A DNA stretch of 64,000 bases from Candidatus Omnitrophota bacterium (GCA_043821285.1 JBDRCZ010000058.1:18699-82698); one strand, 5' to 3'; shown: positions 20,755 to 29,694, counted from the first letter of the stretch. The notes: generated from the letters alone by a model not told the origin. Made by a program: numbers and translations.

Positions 20755-20818
20755 GATAAAAAAATTCCTTCGGACTCTTTTTATCCATTTAAAAACCTCT
20801 CGTATTCAAAACTTCCCT
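20755..20818 (+). repeat. Intergenic mosaic repeat family, copy B
   Basis: AAAAAATTCCTTCGGACTCTTTTTATCCATTTAAAAACCTCTCGTATTCAAAACTTCCCTT. Confidence 0.6.
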
Positions 20819-20958
20819 TAACGTAAAGCTCAGCGATTCGGACCGCTTAAGCACTGCAAATTCGCTGCAGCGCTTTGTTATAATTTTTTTATTCTCACAC
20901 AGAGCCGCAACGAACACAGCAAAATAACGATCCGGTGTAGCAACTTGTTATGTATTTT

Positions 20959-21336
20959 CTATCTAAATTTTGAAAAATACCTGTCTATTTCAGGTCTTAA
21001 TTCTATACCTACTCTCTCAAAGCAGTCTAATAATTCGAGATATGTGCCTATTCCTCCGAGAAAATCCCAAAATTCTTCTGCAACTTTTAATTCATTATCC
21101 AAATCCAGCATTCCTTTCAGTGTCCATCTCTCATAGGGATTTGGTTCATAAGGATTATATGGGATAGAAATATAAGAATGCACATTTGCAGTCGGATGCC
21201 CTGACAAATAAATCGCTATCCACTCTAATAATGTTCTTTTGAAGTCCTTAAAATTACTGACATTAGGCTTGGCTGTCTTTAAATTAAATAGATAAATTGT
21301 CCCATCATTACCTTTGACAAACAAATCAACTTTCAC
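20959..21336 (-). CDS. Candidate Type II restriction endonuclease (small, 125 aa)
   Basis: Lies 5 bp downstream of the MTase on the same strand inside an AT-rich islet. No recognisable family from memory. The call rests on operon context and on possible PD-(D/E)xK-like DLFVKG...E..K residues. Confidence 0.35.
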   Translation of the reverse strand: MKVDLFVKGNDGTIYLFNLKTAKPNVSNFKDFKRTLLEWIAIYLSGHPTANVHSYISIPYNPYEPNPYERWTLKGMLDLDNELKVAEEFWDFLGGIGTYLELLDCFERVGIELRPEIDRYFSKFR

Positions 21337-21341
21337 AGTTT

Positions 21342-22943
21342 TTACTTTAAGTGAAAAATTGTTTCCGCATAAGCCGTATCCCGATCTTTTTCTACCCGAT
21401 TAAGAACCGGACGTTTGAACTGATTAATTATTTTCATGTTGGATAATTCGGCAATTTTAGGATAACGATTAAATTTGTCATTAGCCACTAAAAAAACATC
21501 ATAATCGTTTTGTAAATACTTTTTACAATTTATTAAAACTCCTGCGATACCCTCTAAATATAAATCTCTCGCTTCTTTTCCTTGACCTTTGACTAAGGGG
21601 CCTATTTCCAATTCGTCTTTTCGTTTAAATTCGAACATTTCATAAGCATAAGCGTGTTGTTCATGATAATCTATAAGTCCAACATAAGGCGGGCTTGAAA
21701 AAATTCCTCTTATCTTTTGTCTGGATAATATTTTTGCAAGTTCTGGATTTGCCTTTTTAATCTCTTCGTAAATATCAATGCTTCTACTATCGCCTGTTAG
21801 ACAAATTTGAAAAGTTTCTGTTTTTAATTTATCAAATTCTTTAAGCCGATTTAAGGTGTCAAAAGTATAGGTTTGCCACCAACCGGCAATTGAAAAAATT
21901 GGCTTGCAAATTTTTCCGTGCTTTTTACAGTAATATGTTGTTATTACAGGTTCTTTTAGGGTTGCCAAATCCGCATGAGTGGTTGCTCTACAGGAACGAA
22001 CTGTTCTGCTTAAGATAACCGCTAAAACTTTTTTAATATCTTTTTTAGCTATTGTTGTTTTTAATTCCTTAAACAAAAAATCCATATCTTCTCTTACCGG
22101 ATATAAAAACCATTTATCCAAAAAAGTATCCTTTTTATCTTGTTTAATTTTTATTTGATACTTTTTTACTAAAGTATTGTAGGTGGACAAAAATTCTTTT
22201 GCTTTTTCATTGGCATATTTATTCTCATCAATTTCACCTTTTAAAACTTTTCTCTTATATTCTGGCGATGGGAAATATTTAGCATCGAATTTTGCAAGTT
22301 CTGAAAGGAGGATTTCTTCAAATGAATTATTACTTCTTGTCTTTTGAAAGTCTTTTAGCCGGGAGGTTAGTTTAGCGATGGCTTCTGCAATTAAGAGAAT
22401 ATTGTGCTTTTCAACCTTGACATTAGTAATCATCGCGTTGAAGGAAGAAATATCTATCCCAATAGCATGTATACCCAGTTCATTTGCTTGTACTAAAGTT
22501 GTCCCACTTCCACAAAAGGGGTCTAATACTATATCGTCTTCATGAAAATAAACATCTCTTTTAAACTCGTCCTTATGAGAATCAAGAAAATACTCTACCA
22601 GTTGTGGAATAAACTTTCCTTTATAAGGATGTAATCTATGCACATGCTTTGTCCTTTCTGATTCCTTGTATTCTACAAAAGACAAATGCCAATTAAGGTC
22701 TTTACCTAATATGCTTTTCCACTGTTCTTCCTTTCTAAAAGAATCGTAATAATCCTTTAACTCTTTTATGTTTAATAAAGAATTGCCATTATTACTATAC
22801 TTTCTTATTTTTCCATATTGCACTAGATATGATATGTTTGAAATGGTAACTTTACGATTTAAATATTGAGAAGCCCAAACACTTGCTTCTCTTAAACTAA
22901 AGAGTTTATCATCTTCTTTTCTAAATAATGTTAGCTGCTTCAT
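21342..22943 (-). CDS. Type II DNA methyltransferase (N6-adenine or N4-cytosine amino-MTase)
   Basis: Motif I VLDPFCGSGTT near aa 140, a long target-recognition insert, then motif IV SPPY (GIFSSPPYVGLIDY) near aa 415. Local GC is clearly lower than the flanks. Confidence 0.8.
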   Translation of the reverse strand: MKQLTLFRKEDDKLFSLREASVWASQYLNRKVTISNISYLVQYGKIRKYSNNGNSLLNIKELKDYYDSFRKEEQWKSILGKDLNWHLSFVEYKESERTKHVHRLHPYKGKFIPQLVEYFLDSHKDEFKRDVYFHEDDIVLDPFCGSGTTLVQANELGIHAIGIDISSFNAMITNVKVEKHNILLIAEAIAKLTSRLKDFQKTRSNNSFEEILLSELAKFDAKYFPSPEYKRKVLKGEIDENKYANEKAKEFLSTYNTLVKKYQIKIKQDKKDTFLDKWFLYPVREDMDFLFKELKTTIAKKDIKKVLAVILSRTVRSCRATTHADLATLKEPVITTYYCKKHGKICKPIFSIAGWWQTYTFDTLNRLKEFDKLKTETFQICLTGDSRSIDIYEEIKKANPELAKILSRQKIRGIFSSPPYVGLIDYHEQHAYAYEMFEFKRKDELEIGPLVKGQGKEARDLYLEGIAGVLINCKKYLQNDYDVFLVANDKFNRYPKIAELSNMKIINQFKRPVLNRVEKDRDTAYAETIFHLK

Positions 22944-23174
22944 CTCTTATTATCCTTGAAATAGACAATTTTCTTTTTTATTATTACACATAACAAAAAA
23001 CTCCCTCTGTGCCCTTTTAGAGTATTAATCTTTTATCCCTCCTTTTAGTCTCAACACGTTGAATGAACTTGTATCGCAGATGCCATTATCTTCCCGGTTA
23101 TCTCCTTCATCGGGCATTCATTTCGAGAACTCTGAGTATTATCTTTCTGTCTGCGTTCTTTACATCTGCGTTTT

Positions 23175-23660
23175 TCAGTAGTAATTCATAACCATATTTC
23201 TACCTATATGGTCATAAACCAGATTACCTGACACTAAATATTGTTTTTTTCCCTCGACCAGCCAAAGATTAAATTGCGGTGGTTTAATTAGCGTCTTTTT
23301 TATAATCCTTGCCAAGTTATTTGAGCGGGTAACAAATCCCTCTCGAAAAAAACTATCCTCCACCCGCGCCACAATAACATAAAACTTTTTATTACATTCT
23401 ACCGTTAACACCTCTGCTTTTAACCCATTCTCGTCAATTGCCTGCTGGAATTTTTTAACCTGTTTATCATCTATCTGATTAAATTCACTGGCTGACGGAA
23501 TAACCTTTCGCCAGAAATAAACCAGCAAAATAATTATAAGAATCGAAAGCAGAAGTAATAATTTCTTTTTCACGTTTAGAGAATGCAAAAACCTTTGCCA
23601 AAAATACAGAAAATTCCCTGATAGACCGCTAATCCGGTCAGGGATTTTCCTGTTCAGCAC
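23175..23660 (-). CDS. Hypothetical membrane-anchored protein
   Basis: 161 aa with an LLLLLSILIIILLVYFW transmembrane helix. Overlaps the pilZ stop by 23 nt. Confidence 0.5.
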   Translation of the reverse strand: MLNRKIPDRISGLSGNFLYFWQRFLHSLNVKKKLLLLLSILIIILLVYFWRKVIPSASEFNQIDDKQVKKFQQAIDENGLKAEVLTVECNKKFYVIVARVEDSFFREGFVTRSNNLARIIKKTLIKPPQFNLWLVEGKKQYLVSGNLVYDHIGRNMVMNYY

Positions 23661-24000
23661 TTAATAGCTGAAGATAAAGTTTCAAGCGGTTTTTTGTCTC
23701 CTCCGGCATCTCCAAAAACATAATCCCGCTGCGGTATAAAACTTCTCCCGTACCTTTGGATTTTTTATCTACAAAACACCAAATAATTTTCCCTTTTATA
23801 AATAAAGTAAAAAGTGTCCCGGGCAGTTTAATTTCTAGTTCAATTAATTGGCCGGGTTTGAATTCTTCCGGGATAATCAAACCTATCCCCCCCAGGCTAA
23901 CATCCCGGCTGGTACAATCTTTATATGCTTCTTCTCCTTGCTGCTTATATTTTATTTTCAACATTTGCAAAACACGCGGATGCTCACGCCGTTCGACCAT
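23638..24000 (-). CDS. PilZ-domain c-di-GMP receptor
   Basis: REHPR (RxxxR) and DVSLGGIGL (DxSxGG) motifs. 120 aa. AAGGAGG 6 nt upstream. Confidence 0.8.
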   Translation of the reverse strand: MVERREHPRVLQMLKIKYKQQGEEAYKDCTSRDVSLGGIGLIIPEEFKPGQLIELEIKLPGTLFTLFIKGKIIWCFVDKKSKGTGEVLYRSGIMFLEMPEETKNRLKLYLQLLSAEQENP

Positions 24001-24003
24001 TTA

Positions 24004-24087
24004 TTCCTCCTTAAATGAGCAGACAATTTACGAAGTGTTAACTTCATAAATTGTAGGACTACGTCCGTCTGCGAATTTAATCCGCCG
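24004..24087 (-). promoter_or_regulatory. Conserved structured 5' leader element, unit 1 (contains the ribosome-binding site of pilZ)
   Basis: Read on the minus strand: AAATTCGCAGACGGACGTAGTCCTACAATTTATGAAGTTAACACTTCGTAAATTGTCTGCTCATTTAAGGAGG. It contains a 14-bp stem ACAATTTAYGAAGT / ACTTCRTAAATTGT with loop GTTAAC, and a GGACgtaGTCC hairpin. Confidence 0.55.
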
Positions 24088-24110
24088 GTTTATTAGGCGG
24101 ATATTAACTA

Positions 24111-24192
24111 TTTCCTTAAATGAGCAGACAATTTACGAAATGTTAACTTCATAAATTGTAGGACTACGTCCGTCTGCGAATTTAATCCGCCG
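24111..24192 (-). promoter_or_regulatory. Conserved structured leader element, unit 2 (tandem copy, 108-bp period)
   Basis: About 95% identical to unit 1. A third copy precedes the HD-GYP gene at 39566. Confidence 0.55.
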
Positions 24193-24353
24193 TTGTATTA
24201 GCGGCAGACTTTGGCAGATCTTCGATTTACCGGGCAAATATTATGTTATTCCACTAACAACAAATATCACTCTTAAATCCATTTTTATCCGTGGGTAATC
24301 CGTGCTTATCCTTGGCCATATTTTATTCTTTTGCCACGGATGAAACGCGGATT

Positions 24354-24719
24354 TTAGTACAGTTTTCCTGGTTTAGAAAATAATAATTGAATATATTCTT
24401 TTAAACGTTTTCTGGTCTCTTCCGGTATTTCCGTAAACATAACCCCGACACGGTATGAAATCTTTTCCGTGTCTTTAGACCTTTTATTTACAAAACTCCA
24501 AACAATTTTTCCTTTAAGAAATAACGGTGACGATTGCCTGGGTAATTCAATCTCGAGTTCAACCAACTCCCCGGGGGTAAACGCTTCTGATACAGTTAAA
24601 CCTACTCCGCCCAGACTAATATCCCGGCTGGTGCAACTGTAGGGTGTTGCTTCTTTTTCTTTCTTATATTTTACGGCTAATACCGTTAATACCCGCGGAT
24701 GCTTGCGTCGTTCCTGCAT
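24354..24719 (-). CDS. PilZ-domain c-di-GMP receptor (paralog)
   Basis: RKHPR and DISLGGVGL motifs. About 60% identical to the 23638 paralog. Confidence 0.8.
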   Translation of the reverse strand: MQERRKHPRVLTVLAVKYKKEKEATPYSCTSRDISLGGVGLTVSEAFTPGELVELEIELPRQSSPLFLKGKIVWSFVNKRSKDTEKISYRVGVMFTEIPEETRKRLKEYIQLLFSKPGKLY

Positions 24720-24801
24720 TTTTTCTCCTTCTTTTTGCCAGTCAGTTATACCGACGGACTAAGTTTGAATATGATAGCAAAAAAACAATAGAATAATAAT
24801 C

Positions 24802-24890
24802 CCGCAAAGTCGCAAAGCACGCAAAGAAATACATAATATCATCAGAAATAATCTTATCCCCCCACAGATTAACAACTTGGCGCTCTTTGC
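24802..24890. promoter_or_regulatory. Three direct CGCAAAG heptamers (8-9 bp spacing) plus one inverted copy, upstream of pilZ-2
   Basis: cCGCAAAGtCGCAAAGcaCGCAAAG at 24802-24825. CTTTGCG at 24884-24890. Confidence 0.3.
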
Positions 24891-24995
24891 GTCTTGGCGG
24901 GAAAATAAGTATTTATGGTAATGAACGGCCATAGGCCCGTCGCTCATCTTATAAGTGAGCACTAGGCCATCTGGGGTTAATCTTTTCATATCCTT

Positions 24996-26270
24996 TCATA
25001 TTCTATTTAACACTACTTTTGGCAGTAATATTGCCGCATTAGGAATAACATATGTCTTAAAATCAACTGGTAAATATTTTTCTGCTAAGGCAAAAGCCTG
25101 TTTTATATTTTTGGCATAAATCATTGACATCAGCTCTGTATTCTTCCTTGACATTTTAGAAACGAAAATAATTCTAAATTTTTTTGTTTTAACCAAAGCC
25201 GCATATACGGTATGTCCGGGGATGGTAAATCTTTTGCGCAAGGCTGACTCAATATTTTCTGAAGTATACATCTTAAAATATTTTTCAATGCCTCTTGAGC
25301 CAAACCCCTCTCGGCACTCCGCCAGCACAATCATTACCCCGCCTTTTTTAATAACATCTTTGGCATTATCAATTGCCTTATGTACCTGAACAAAATTTAT
25401 ATCTAGGGGACGGCCGCCGGCAGAAACTATTGCCAGATCGGCTTTAAAATTAGCACGCGGACGATAAATTTTATCGATAAACTTACAGCCTTGTCGATGC
25501 GCTTTTATCAGATCTCCGGCAAAAAACTTGCAGATTTTTTTATCCTGGTTCAAAACCACATTAATCATAAAAACCGGTTTTAAAAACTTAACCGCCGCAA
25601 GCATATCCTGATTCACGGGATTACGCAAATATTCTCCCGCACGGGCACCTTTATTATGCAGGCAAAGCTGGTGATTATACCTTATCGTATCAAAACCACA
25701 AATACCAGGAAGAATACTCTTCCGTCCGCCACCATATCCGGCAAAATAATGAAAATCGATTTTTCCGGTAGCAATTAAACGGTCTACGCTTAATACCCGT
25801 CTATTTATAAAAATTTTATTGCCGTATCTGGTACGACCGACTAAGGAAAGAGCAGGTTTATTATGACAATCGTGATCAAAAACCTTAATGCGTTGGTAAA
25901 TCTCATCTCCGACTAAAAACCGCTGTTCTTTTTTTGTATGCCGGCGGTGTGCGCCGGTGGTAAAAATGATCGAAATATCGCGGTCAGGAATCCCTAACGC
26001 ATTTAAACGTTGTAAAATCCCGGGAAGATAAATTTTCGCGGTTGGCAAACGGGTAATATCAGAAACCAAAATGCCAACCTTTTGTCCGTTTTTAAAAAAT
26101 CGCTCAAACCGCAGTGTACCCGCCGGATGATTTAACACCTTGTTTAGTGCTTTATCTAAATCAACAATTGGCGGCAATGATCTGACATCTAATAACTTTA
26201 TTAAATGATTAGTTTTGATTACAAACCTTATCTTTTTACCTCCATAAGGCAAAAGTATCTCTTTCATCAT
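24996..26270 (-). CDS. LarA-like (nickel-dependent lactate racemase / DUF2088 family) protein
   Basis: ILVSDITRLP and TTGAHRRHT motifs. Start placed at MMKEILL (26270). The upstream in-frame extension overlaps the conserved upstream motif. Confidence 0.6.
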   Translation of the reverse strand: MMKEILLPYGGKKIRFVIKTNHLIKLLDVRSLPPIVDLDKALNKVLNHPAGTLRFERFFKNGQKVGILVSDITRLPTAKIYLPGILQRLNALGIPDRDISIIFTTGAHRRHTKKEQRFLVGDEIYQRIKVFDHDCHNKPALSLVGRTRYGNKIFINRRVLSVDRLIATGKIDFHYFAGYGGGRKSILPGICGFDTIRYNHQLCLHNKGARAGEYLRNPVNQDMLAAVKFLKPVFMINVVLNQDKKICKFFAGDLIKAHRQGCKFIDKIYRPRANFKADLAIVSAGGRPLDINFVQVHKAIDNAKDVIKKGGVMIVLAECREGFGSRGIEKYFKMYTSENIESALRKRFTIPGHTVYAALVKTKKFRIIFVSKMSRKNTELMSMIYAKNIKQAFALAEKYLPVDFKTYVIPNAAILLPKVVLNRI

Positions 26271-26291
26271 GAAGATACCCCTTCGCAAGCG

Positions 26292-26303
26292 GGTTCTGTC
26301 AAA
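26292..26303 (-). promoter_or_regulatory. TTTGACAGAACC motif 21 nt upstream of the larA-like ATG
   Basis: + strand GGTTCTGTCAAA. Confidence 0.4.
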
Positions 26304-26340
26304 AATCACCTACACTTTTTAATCTGAAATATTCCGCATG

Positions 26341-27483
26341 TTAGACGATAACGCCTTGTTCCTCTTCTAATAAGCTCTCATCGATCTCCTGACGGTTATT
26401 TATAATCAAGTCGCAAATCAATTTTCCGGTAATTGGGGCTAAGGTAATCCCATCTCCATTATGTCCGCAGGCATTGATAAAGTTATCTGCCGTATCCGCA
26501 TATCCTAATAAAGGCAAACCTTGCGGGTTATAAGGCCTAATCCCGGAAAACGCCCGGATGATTTTTATATCTTTTAATCCGGGAATTATTTTAATCGCAT
26601 GACTGGCAATCGCGCTTATCCCCGGCATCGTGACAATATTGCAGTGAGCGTCTTCACGCGTGGCACCAATTAATAAGTTACCATCTTTCGTCTGTTCAAT
26701 GGTTGTCCCAATGCCTTTCAACTGATCATCGAATTTTAAATTTAAATAACAGTTGCAGGCAATAAGCCGGTCAATAATCCGCTCTGCTATTTCCGTAACT
26801 AAAACCTGTCCCCGCCGCGGCTGAATCGGTAAATCAAAACCAATCATCCCGGCAAGAGCACGGCTGTCTATTCCCGCAGCATTAATTATCTTATTAAACT
26901 TTATTCTGTCCTGCTTGGTCAGTGCCTCTTCTGCTTTTGTCTTTCGCATCTTTATCGCAACCACCTCAGATCGCAGCAGCAGCAGCGCGCCGCGTTCCCT
27001 GGCCTTTTTTAAATACGCATAAACAACCCGCAGGGGATTTACCTGTGCATCATCCGGTGCATATGTTGCGCCATAAATCTGGGGACTGAGCTCTGGTTCG
27101 AGTGTGCACGCCTGATAAGTGGTTAACAGTCGCACATCGAGCTTGTTTGCCCGGTGAACAATAATCATCTTTTTACTTTCTTCAAGCTGTTTAATGTTTT
27201 CGATTATTACCAGACTTCCCTTTTTTTCATACTCAATATCTTCACCTAACTCATTGGCCAAATTCTGATACAACTGCGCTGACGTCTTTGCCAGTTTCAA
27301 ATGCCGCCCGGTCCTTTTTGACTGCATACAAATATATCCATCGCATGCGCCAGAGGCGCCGGCGGCCGGCTCGAGCTTGTCAACTAGTAAGGTGTCGACA
27401 TTATTCCGTGCAAGATAATAGGCAATGCTCGCACCGATTATTCCCCCGCCAACGATCAAAATATCAGTCCGCGTTATCCCCAC
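26341..27483 (-). CDS. FAD-dependent oxidoreductase, DAO family (HcnC / sarcosine-oxidase-beta / PdhB-like subunit)
   Basis: ILIVGGGIIGASIAYYLAR dinucleotide-binding motif. 380 aa. Confidence 0.75.
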   Translation of the reverse strand: MGITRTDILIVGGGIIGASIAYYLARNNVDTLLVDKLEPAAGASGACDGYICMQSKRTGRHLKLAKTSAQLYQNLANELGEDIEYEKKGSLVIIENIKQLEESKKMIIVHRANKLDVRLLTTYQACTLEPELSPQIYGATYAPDDAQVNPLRVVYAYLKKARERGALLLLRSEVVAIKMRKTKAEEALTKQDRIKFNKIINAAGIDSRALAGMIGFDLPIQPRRGQVLVTEIAERIIDRLIACNCYLNLKFDDQLKGIGTTIEQTKDGNLLIGATREDAHCNIVTMPGISAIASHAIKIIPGLKDIKIIRAFSGIRPYNPQGLPLLGYADTADNFINACGHNGDGITLAPITGKLICDLIINNRQEIDESLLEEEQGVIV

Positions 27484-27742
27484 CTTCTAATACTCCTAAT
27501 TTTACCGGTTCAACCGGTATGCGTTTAGTCTCCCCGGGTAGTTCTGATACTTTATAATGCAACTCACGCACAAGAATCTCCTGCACGAGCTCGGCACAAT
27601 TATGTCCTTGGCATAGTCCCATTCCGGCCCGGGTCATACGTTTTATACTGTTTATGCTTCTTGCTCCGTTTTTTATCGCCTGGAGTATTTCTTCTTCTGT
27701 TATTTCTTCACAGCGGCAGATAATCACTGGGTTTTTCTTCAT
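27464..27742 (-). CDS. BFD-like [2Fe-2S]-binding protein
   Basis: CRC ... CQGHNC cysteine pattern. 92 aa. Confidence 0.6.
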   Translation of the reverse strand: MKKNPVIICRCEEITEEEILQAIKNGARSINSIKRMTRAGMGLCQGHNCAELVQEILVRELHYKVSELPGETKRIPVEPVKLGVLEGGDNAD

Positions 27743-29325
27743 CGCATTTTTATCCCTCGTGCACTATTGGAAAATCTCTTTGGCAGGGCAATAGAAATAA
27801 CCTTTGTTTTATTGTTTTTGCGCTGATTATCCACTTTTATCACCTTTGCCTCACAGAGTATTTTCCCATTCTTATCAACGGCATCAACTACTTTGCCTTC
27901 CCGGGGAACCGGTAATAATTCATAAGGTAATTTAACCAATGAACGGTCATTTGAAAACGTATCATCAATAACAAATATTGCCAACCCCGGGCAATATGGA
28001 ATACATAGTCCACAGCCGCGGCACTTGTTTAGATCAATAGAGGGGATACTGGTGATATCTCTATCCATTTTTATTGCCGAACGATGACAAATCTTGCGGC
28101 AGGCATCACAGGGAATATCCTCATTACAGTCTAACACCGCCACGGCCCCTTTTTTACGGCGCCACCGGTCAATATCTTTTTTTCGGCATTTAGCAAACAT
28201 CTTACGGTAGGCGCGTAACTGCGCAATGTTTTTGTTGATTTCTGTTTTATATTTATTTCTTAGACGTTTGTTAACTTTACCTGATTTGGCAGCAATACTT
28301 ATTGCCGCAAGCTTCCCCTGTTCCATGGCAATACTTGCCTCTTCTGCACCGCTGGCATCTCCGGCAACGTATATATTATTTATCGTGGTTTCCATCTCAT
28401 CGTTATAAACCGGGATAACCTGATTAAGCCTGACATTATAATACATTTTACATCCGGCCACCTGACACAGCTCAGATTGCGGCTTTAGCCCTATTGCCAG
28501 ACAGATCAGGTCTGCCGGAATTTTTTTCTCGGTCTCCGGAACATATCGGCCTCTTTCCGTAACCCGGACAATCGTCACCTGTTCAACCCCGTCATTCCCT
28601 TCCGCCTCTTTAACTGTATGCGAAAAATAAAAAGGGACGTTTAAACGTTTTAATTTTGCATAATGCACATAATAACCTGAGCATTTATTCCCAAGCTCAA
28701 CAATACCGGCAACCTCCATCCCCGCCTGAATTAATTGATAACTGACAATTAATCCAACATTTCCCGAACCGACCATGAGCACGCGTTTACCGGGGATAAC
28801 TCTATGCAAATTAACCAGTGTCTGCACGGCACCGGCACCCATAATGTTCGGCAGATCCCATCCTGGGAAAGCCATTGTCTTTTCCTTTGCTCCGCTGGAG
28901 ATTATCAAATGTTTGCATTTTATCTGCTGGAGGCGTTCATTTTTAATAATACTGACCTCAATGCCTTGATCAAAAAACACCCCTGCGCAGACCGCCTCAA
29001 GCATTATCTTTACCTTGTATCGGGTACATTCCTTATAAAGCAAGTCGGCAATTTCAAACCCACGCTGCCCCGCACCATGACGGGTCGAGCCAAAAAATTT
29101 ATGTATCTGTTTATAGAGCTGGCCGCCGGCAATATCGTTTTTATCAATCAAGAGCACATCTAATTTATTTTTTGCCGCCTCAGCGGCCGCAGAAAGTCCG
29201 GCCGGACCGGCGCCAATTATTACCAGATCAATCCGGTCATCTTGTTCAATCTTTTTTGTTCCTGCCGCCGTTTTCAATTTAACGTCTTTTCTTTTTGCTG
29301 ATATCGGTTTAATTTTTTTTATCAT
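27739..29325 (-). CDS. FAD/NAD(P)-binding pyridine-nucleotide-disulfide-type oxidoreductase with a C-terminal 4Fe-4S motif (HcnB / opine-oxidase A / PdhA-like subunit)
   Basis: LVIIGAGPAGLSAAAEAAK and a second Rossmann motif LMVGSGNVGL. CRGCGLCIPYCPGLAI near the C-terminus. Confidence 0.7.
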   Translation of the reverse strand: MIKKIKPISAKRKDVKLKTAAGTKKIEQDDRIDLVIIGAGPAGLSAAAEAAKNKLDVLLIDKNDIAGGQLYKQIHKFFGSTRHGAGQRGFEIADLLYKECTRYKVKIMLEAVCAGVFFDQGIEVSIIKNERLQQIKCKHLIISSGAKEKTMAFPGWDLPNIMGAGAVQTLVNLHRVIPGKRVLMVGSGNVGLIVSYQLIQAGMEVAGIVELGNKCSGYYVHYAKLKRLNVPFYFSHTVKEAEGNDGVEQVTIVRVTERGRYVPETEKKIPADLICLAIGLKPQSELCQVAGCKMYYNVRLNQVIPVYNDEMETTINNIYVAGDASGAEEASIAMEQGKLAAISIAAKSGKVNKRLRNKYKTEINKNIAQLRAYRKMFAKCRKKDIDRWRRKKGAVAVLDCNEDIPCDACRKICHRSAIKMDRDITSIPSIDLNKCRGCGLCIPYCPGLAIFVIDDTFSNDRSLVKLPYELLPVPREGKVVDAVDKNGKILCEAKVIKVDNQRKNNKTKVISIALPKRFSNSARGIKMR

Positions 29326-29373
29326 ACGTTTCTGCTTTCCGTCTAACTGCTGCGGATGAATTTTTTTATACGC

Positions 29374-29694
29374 TCACGTTTTTTCATGTTTTTCTCTTTC
29401 AATTCTCATATCATGGCACACTTTTTCCAAGCAAATGCGTACATTACTTTTGCCATCTACTTTCATCATACAATCCGTACATCGGCCAATGGCGCAAAAA
29501 ATCCCTCTGGGAGAATGAAATTTTTTGGTAATTTTCAACACTTTAATCCCATTGGCCACAAGCGCCGCGGCCACCGGCTCTCCGGCAAACGCAGAAATCT
29601 TCCTGCCTTCAAAATAAATTGTCACCGTTCGGTGATTAGGAAGTGCATTTAGGATCGGGTGCTTTTTAATCCGCATCATTATTTCCCCACACAA
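29374..29694 (-). CDS. Small [2Fe-2S] subunit (HcnA / sarcosine-oxidase-alpha N-terminal-like)
   Basis: VTIYFEGRKISAFAGEPVAAALVANG ... CAIGRCTDCMMKVDG. 106 aa. Confidence 0.6.
   Translation of the reverse strand: MCGEIMMRIKKHPILNALPNHRTVTIYFEGRKISAFAGEPVAAALVANGIKVLKITKKFHSPRGIFCAIGRCTDCMMKVDGKSNVRICLEKVCHDMRIEREKHEKT

Noticed and set aside
24004-24087. Identification of the structured leader as a GEMM (c-di-GMP-I) riboswitch
   Set aside because: It does not resemble the GEMM consensus as I recall it (no GNRA-tetraloop/receptor pair, and it is shorter). It is kept only as an unassigned candidate cis-regulatory RNA.
24004-24192. CRISPR array interpretation of the tandem 108-bp repeats
   Set aside because: Only two units. 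The period and the unit are far longer than CRISPR repeats. The whole unit is repeated, with no variable spacers. A third copy lies elsewhere in inverse orientation directly before a gene start.
24759-24989. 76-aa minus-strand ORF between larA-like and pilZ-2
   Set aside because: No ribosome-binding site. It overlaps the CGCAAAG repeat region. The composition is hydrophobic low-complexity, so it is probably non-coding regulatory DNA.
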